DNA of 64,000 bases from Isurus oxyrinchus. Lineage: Eukaryota. Shown here piece by piece: positions 62,161 through 64,000 of this stretch. The stretch spans positions 41,788,001-41,852,000 of the forward strand of contig JANJGN010000025.1 in NCBI GenBank assembly GCA_026770705.1. The letters run 5' to 3'. The notes beneath the pieces are model-generated. The model saw only the letters and a list, made by a program, of their open reading frames with translations. It was not told the DNA's origin and did not search any database. Position 1 is the stretch's first letter; each line of letters begins with the position of its first letter. The position numbers and the translations under genes are program-made.

Positions 62161-63654
62161 TCAGCAGTTATTCCAACCACATTGTAGGAGTAGGAGGCCT
62201 GTCCTGCCTTCACTCAGTCTATACACACATCCAACAATGTTCACTGATCAGCGTTGTGAAGTGGGGACACGGTCCTTTCTCTCACTCCACCCTAGCACAG
62301 TTCAGCCAACTGTACAAACCCCACATTGGCCCCCACTACCAGTCTAAGCCGAGACCCGTCAACTCAACAAAGGCCAGGGATCTGATGTGGGATCTTGCGG
62401 TTTGCTGAACCCAAAGCTTCCACCACAGATTCCCAGCAGGTTCAACTGTGGCTGGAAATTCCAATAGCTGATCAAATCGGCAGCTCCTGAAACGTATGAA
62501 ATTATGGATGGTACGATAGGCGAGCAGACTTGCTGCAAATTCACTATTTTTGGTAGCAGTTGGCATAGGTTCTTTCTATACTGCAACCAACGATCCCCCA
62601 GACTGGTGCCAGGCACTAGCCCACCCAACCACCCACAGTAACAACTCTCAACAGATGATGCTGCTACTACAAAAACGTATTTATTTTGGTTGTACATTTA
62701 GCTTTGGGTTAAATCCTCCACCACCCCTGCCCTCTGACAGTATAGGATATACTGCACAGGATAAAATATTTACATGACTGGCTCATATTACAATGAACAG
62801 AAAAGTTATATTCCAACATACAAGTGATTTTTCTTCATTGTCATTAGTTTCCTAGGATATGGTTAGGACTGGAGATGGGTCAGTAACCCTAATGGTATAC
62901 AAACGGCATAAGCAACCTATAGTTGTGAGGCCATTATCCCAGCAAATTAAATCCAAGGCAAATATAAAAGTTTTATCAAGTGAGCTCGCCCAGTTTAGGA
63001 ACACATTTTTTTCATGATGGCCTTCAGGGAAATGAACCTGCCACTCCCAACCTGGTCGGATCTACACAGGACTCCAGTCCCACTTTCAAGTTGGCCCTTA
63101 ATGCCTCTGAACAACCAAGGATGGTCAAAGCCATCCACAGCCTAAGAACAAATTAGAAAAGGAAAAGACTTCCATTTGTACTATCCAAAGTTTTCACCAC
63201 AATTTGATTAAGAAGTTGATAATCTATGAGGGTCGTCTCACAAAAGAATCCTACCGAACTCATCCTTTTCTGAATCAATACAAATGAGCAAGGGGGGGGG
63301 GTTCGAAGAAATGAGCAAATGAGCAAGGGAGTGAGCTGGATATTTGGTGCATATTCCATATGAAATAAAAGTTATTCTTAAATTATTCTGCACTCTGGAA
63401 TTCTCTCCCTAAACCTCTCCGCTTCTTACTTGTCCTTTAAGGTGCAGGGGTGGTGGGGAGGTGGGGGGTGGTGGATATGAGGAAGAACTTTTTTTTTAAA
63501 CACAGTGGGAAGAATTTTATGGAGCCCACTGGAAATGTGGCGAATGGGGTGACGAAATTAGGCGAGATTTCGATTTCCAAACAGCGGGTTGAAATGCGGA
63601 GATTAGGTCAGCAGTATGTTTGTGATGTGTTGGGCCTCACACCATCCTGTGGCT

Positions 63655-63879
63655 TGTAATACATTTGCATGCCATTGTAGTGATTGTAGGTAAAACCTTT
63701 CCTACCGCTTTTAGGGGTCATGTGATTGTACAGACAAATCAGCCCTAAGCATGGGTAACTTTAGCGGCTGAACTTTCTAGTTGTGGACCTGATTCAAGCA
63801 TATAGCTTCTACAAGAGCTCTGTAAATAAAGTTATCTGTTTCAACTAAGAAACATGTCTGGTACACCAAGTTTATTACA
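63655..63879 (+). mobile_element. 5' LTR of a Gypsy-type LTR retrotransposon continuing beyond the window
   Basis: Perfect terminal inverted repeat TGTAATA...TATTACA; AATAAA at ~63824; followed after 2 nt by a PBS. Confidence 0.75.
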
Positions 63880-63881
63880 AT

Positions 63882-63894
63882 TGGCAACGAGGAT
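63882..63894 (+). promoter_or_regulatory. Primer-binding site complementary to the tRNA-Ser(GCU) 3' end
   Basis: TGGCAACGAGGAT versus the expected TGGCGACGAGGAT (one mismatch at a CpG). Confidence 0.75.
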
Positions 63895-64000
63895 AAATAG
63901 CTCCAACGCTGCACCTTACCCTCATGAATGTGAGTACATTAATTCTTAAGGTAAGAAAGAGAAGTATACTCACCAGTCATGCCACTCTTCAGCAAAATTA

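Overview
Repeat-dense eukaryotic (vertebrate) non-coding DNA, not prokaryotic. The repeat mix points to a cartilaginous fish (shark-like), which is an inference from recognised families: CR1 LINEs, a second APE/RT LINE family with its partner SINE, Deu-domain SINEs, L2, Penelope-like elements, PIF/Harbinger elements and MITEs, and Gypsy-type LTRs. No host protein-coding gene is confidently recognisable. Almost all listed ORFs are decayed transposon pieces or chance ORFs, and only weak candidate exons exist near 3.5 kb and 15-17 kb. Main structures: (i) a decayed Harbinger with an intron-containing Myb/SANT gene (19.1-27.4 kb) carrying a nested full-length CR1; (ii) a LINE whose 5' end is a tRNA-derived SINE head plus SINE core fused directly to the endonuclease domain, with no room for an ORF1 (41.8-44.0 kb); (iii) Penelope terminal modules carrying minimal hammerhead-ribozyme motifs, including a 103-bp stand-alone copy with its own TSD; (iv) a palindromic element with ~210-bp arms and a CR1 fragment at its axis; (v) a multi-layer nested insertion at 7.5-10 kb; (vi) the 5' LTR and tRNA-Ser PBS of an LTR retrotransposon at the window end. 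Repeat boundaries were read by eye and are approximate unless a TSD or TIR is quoted.
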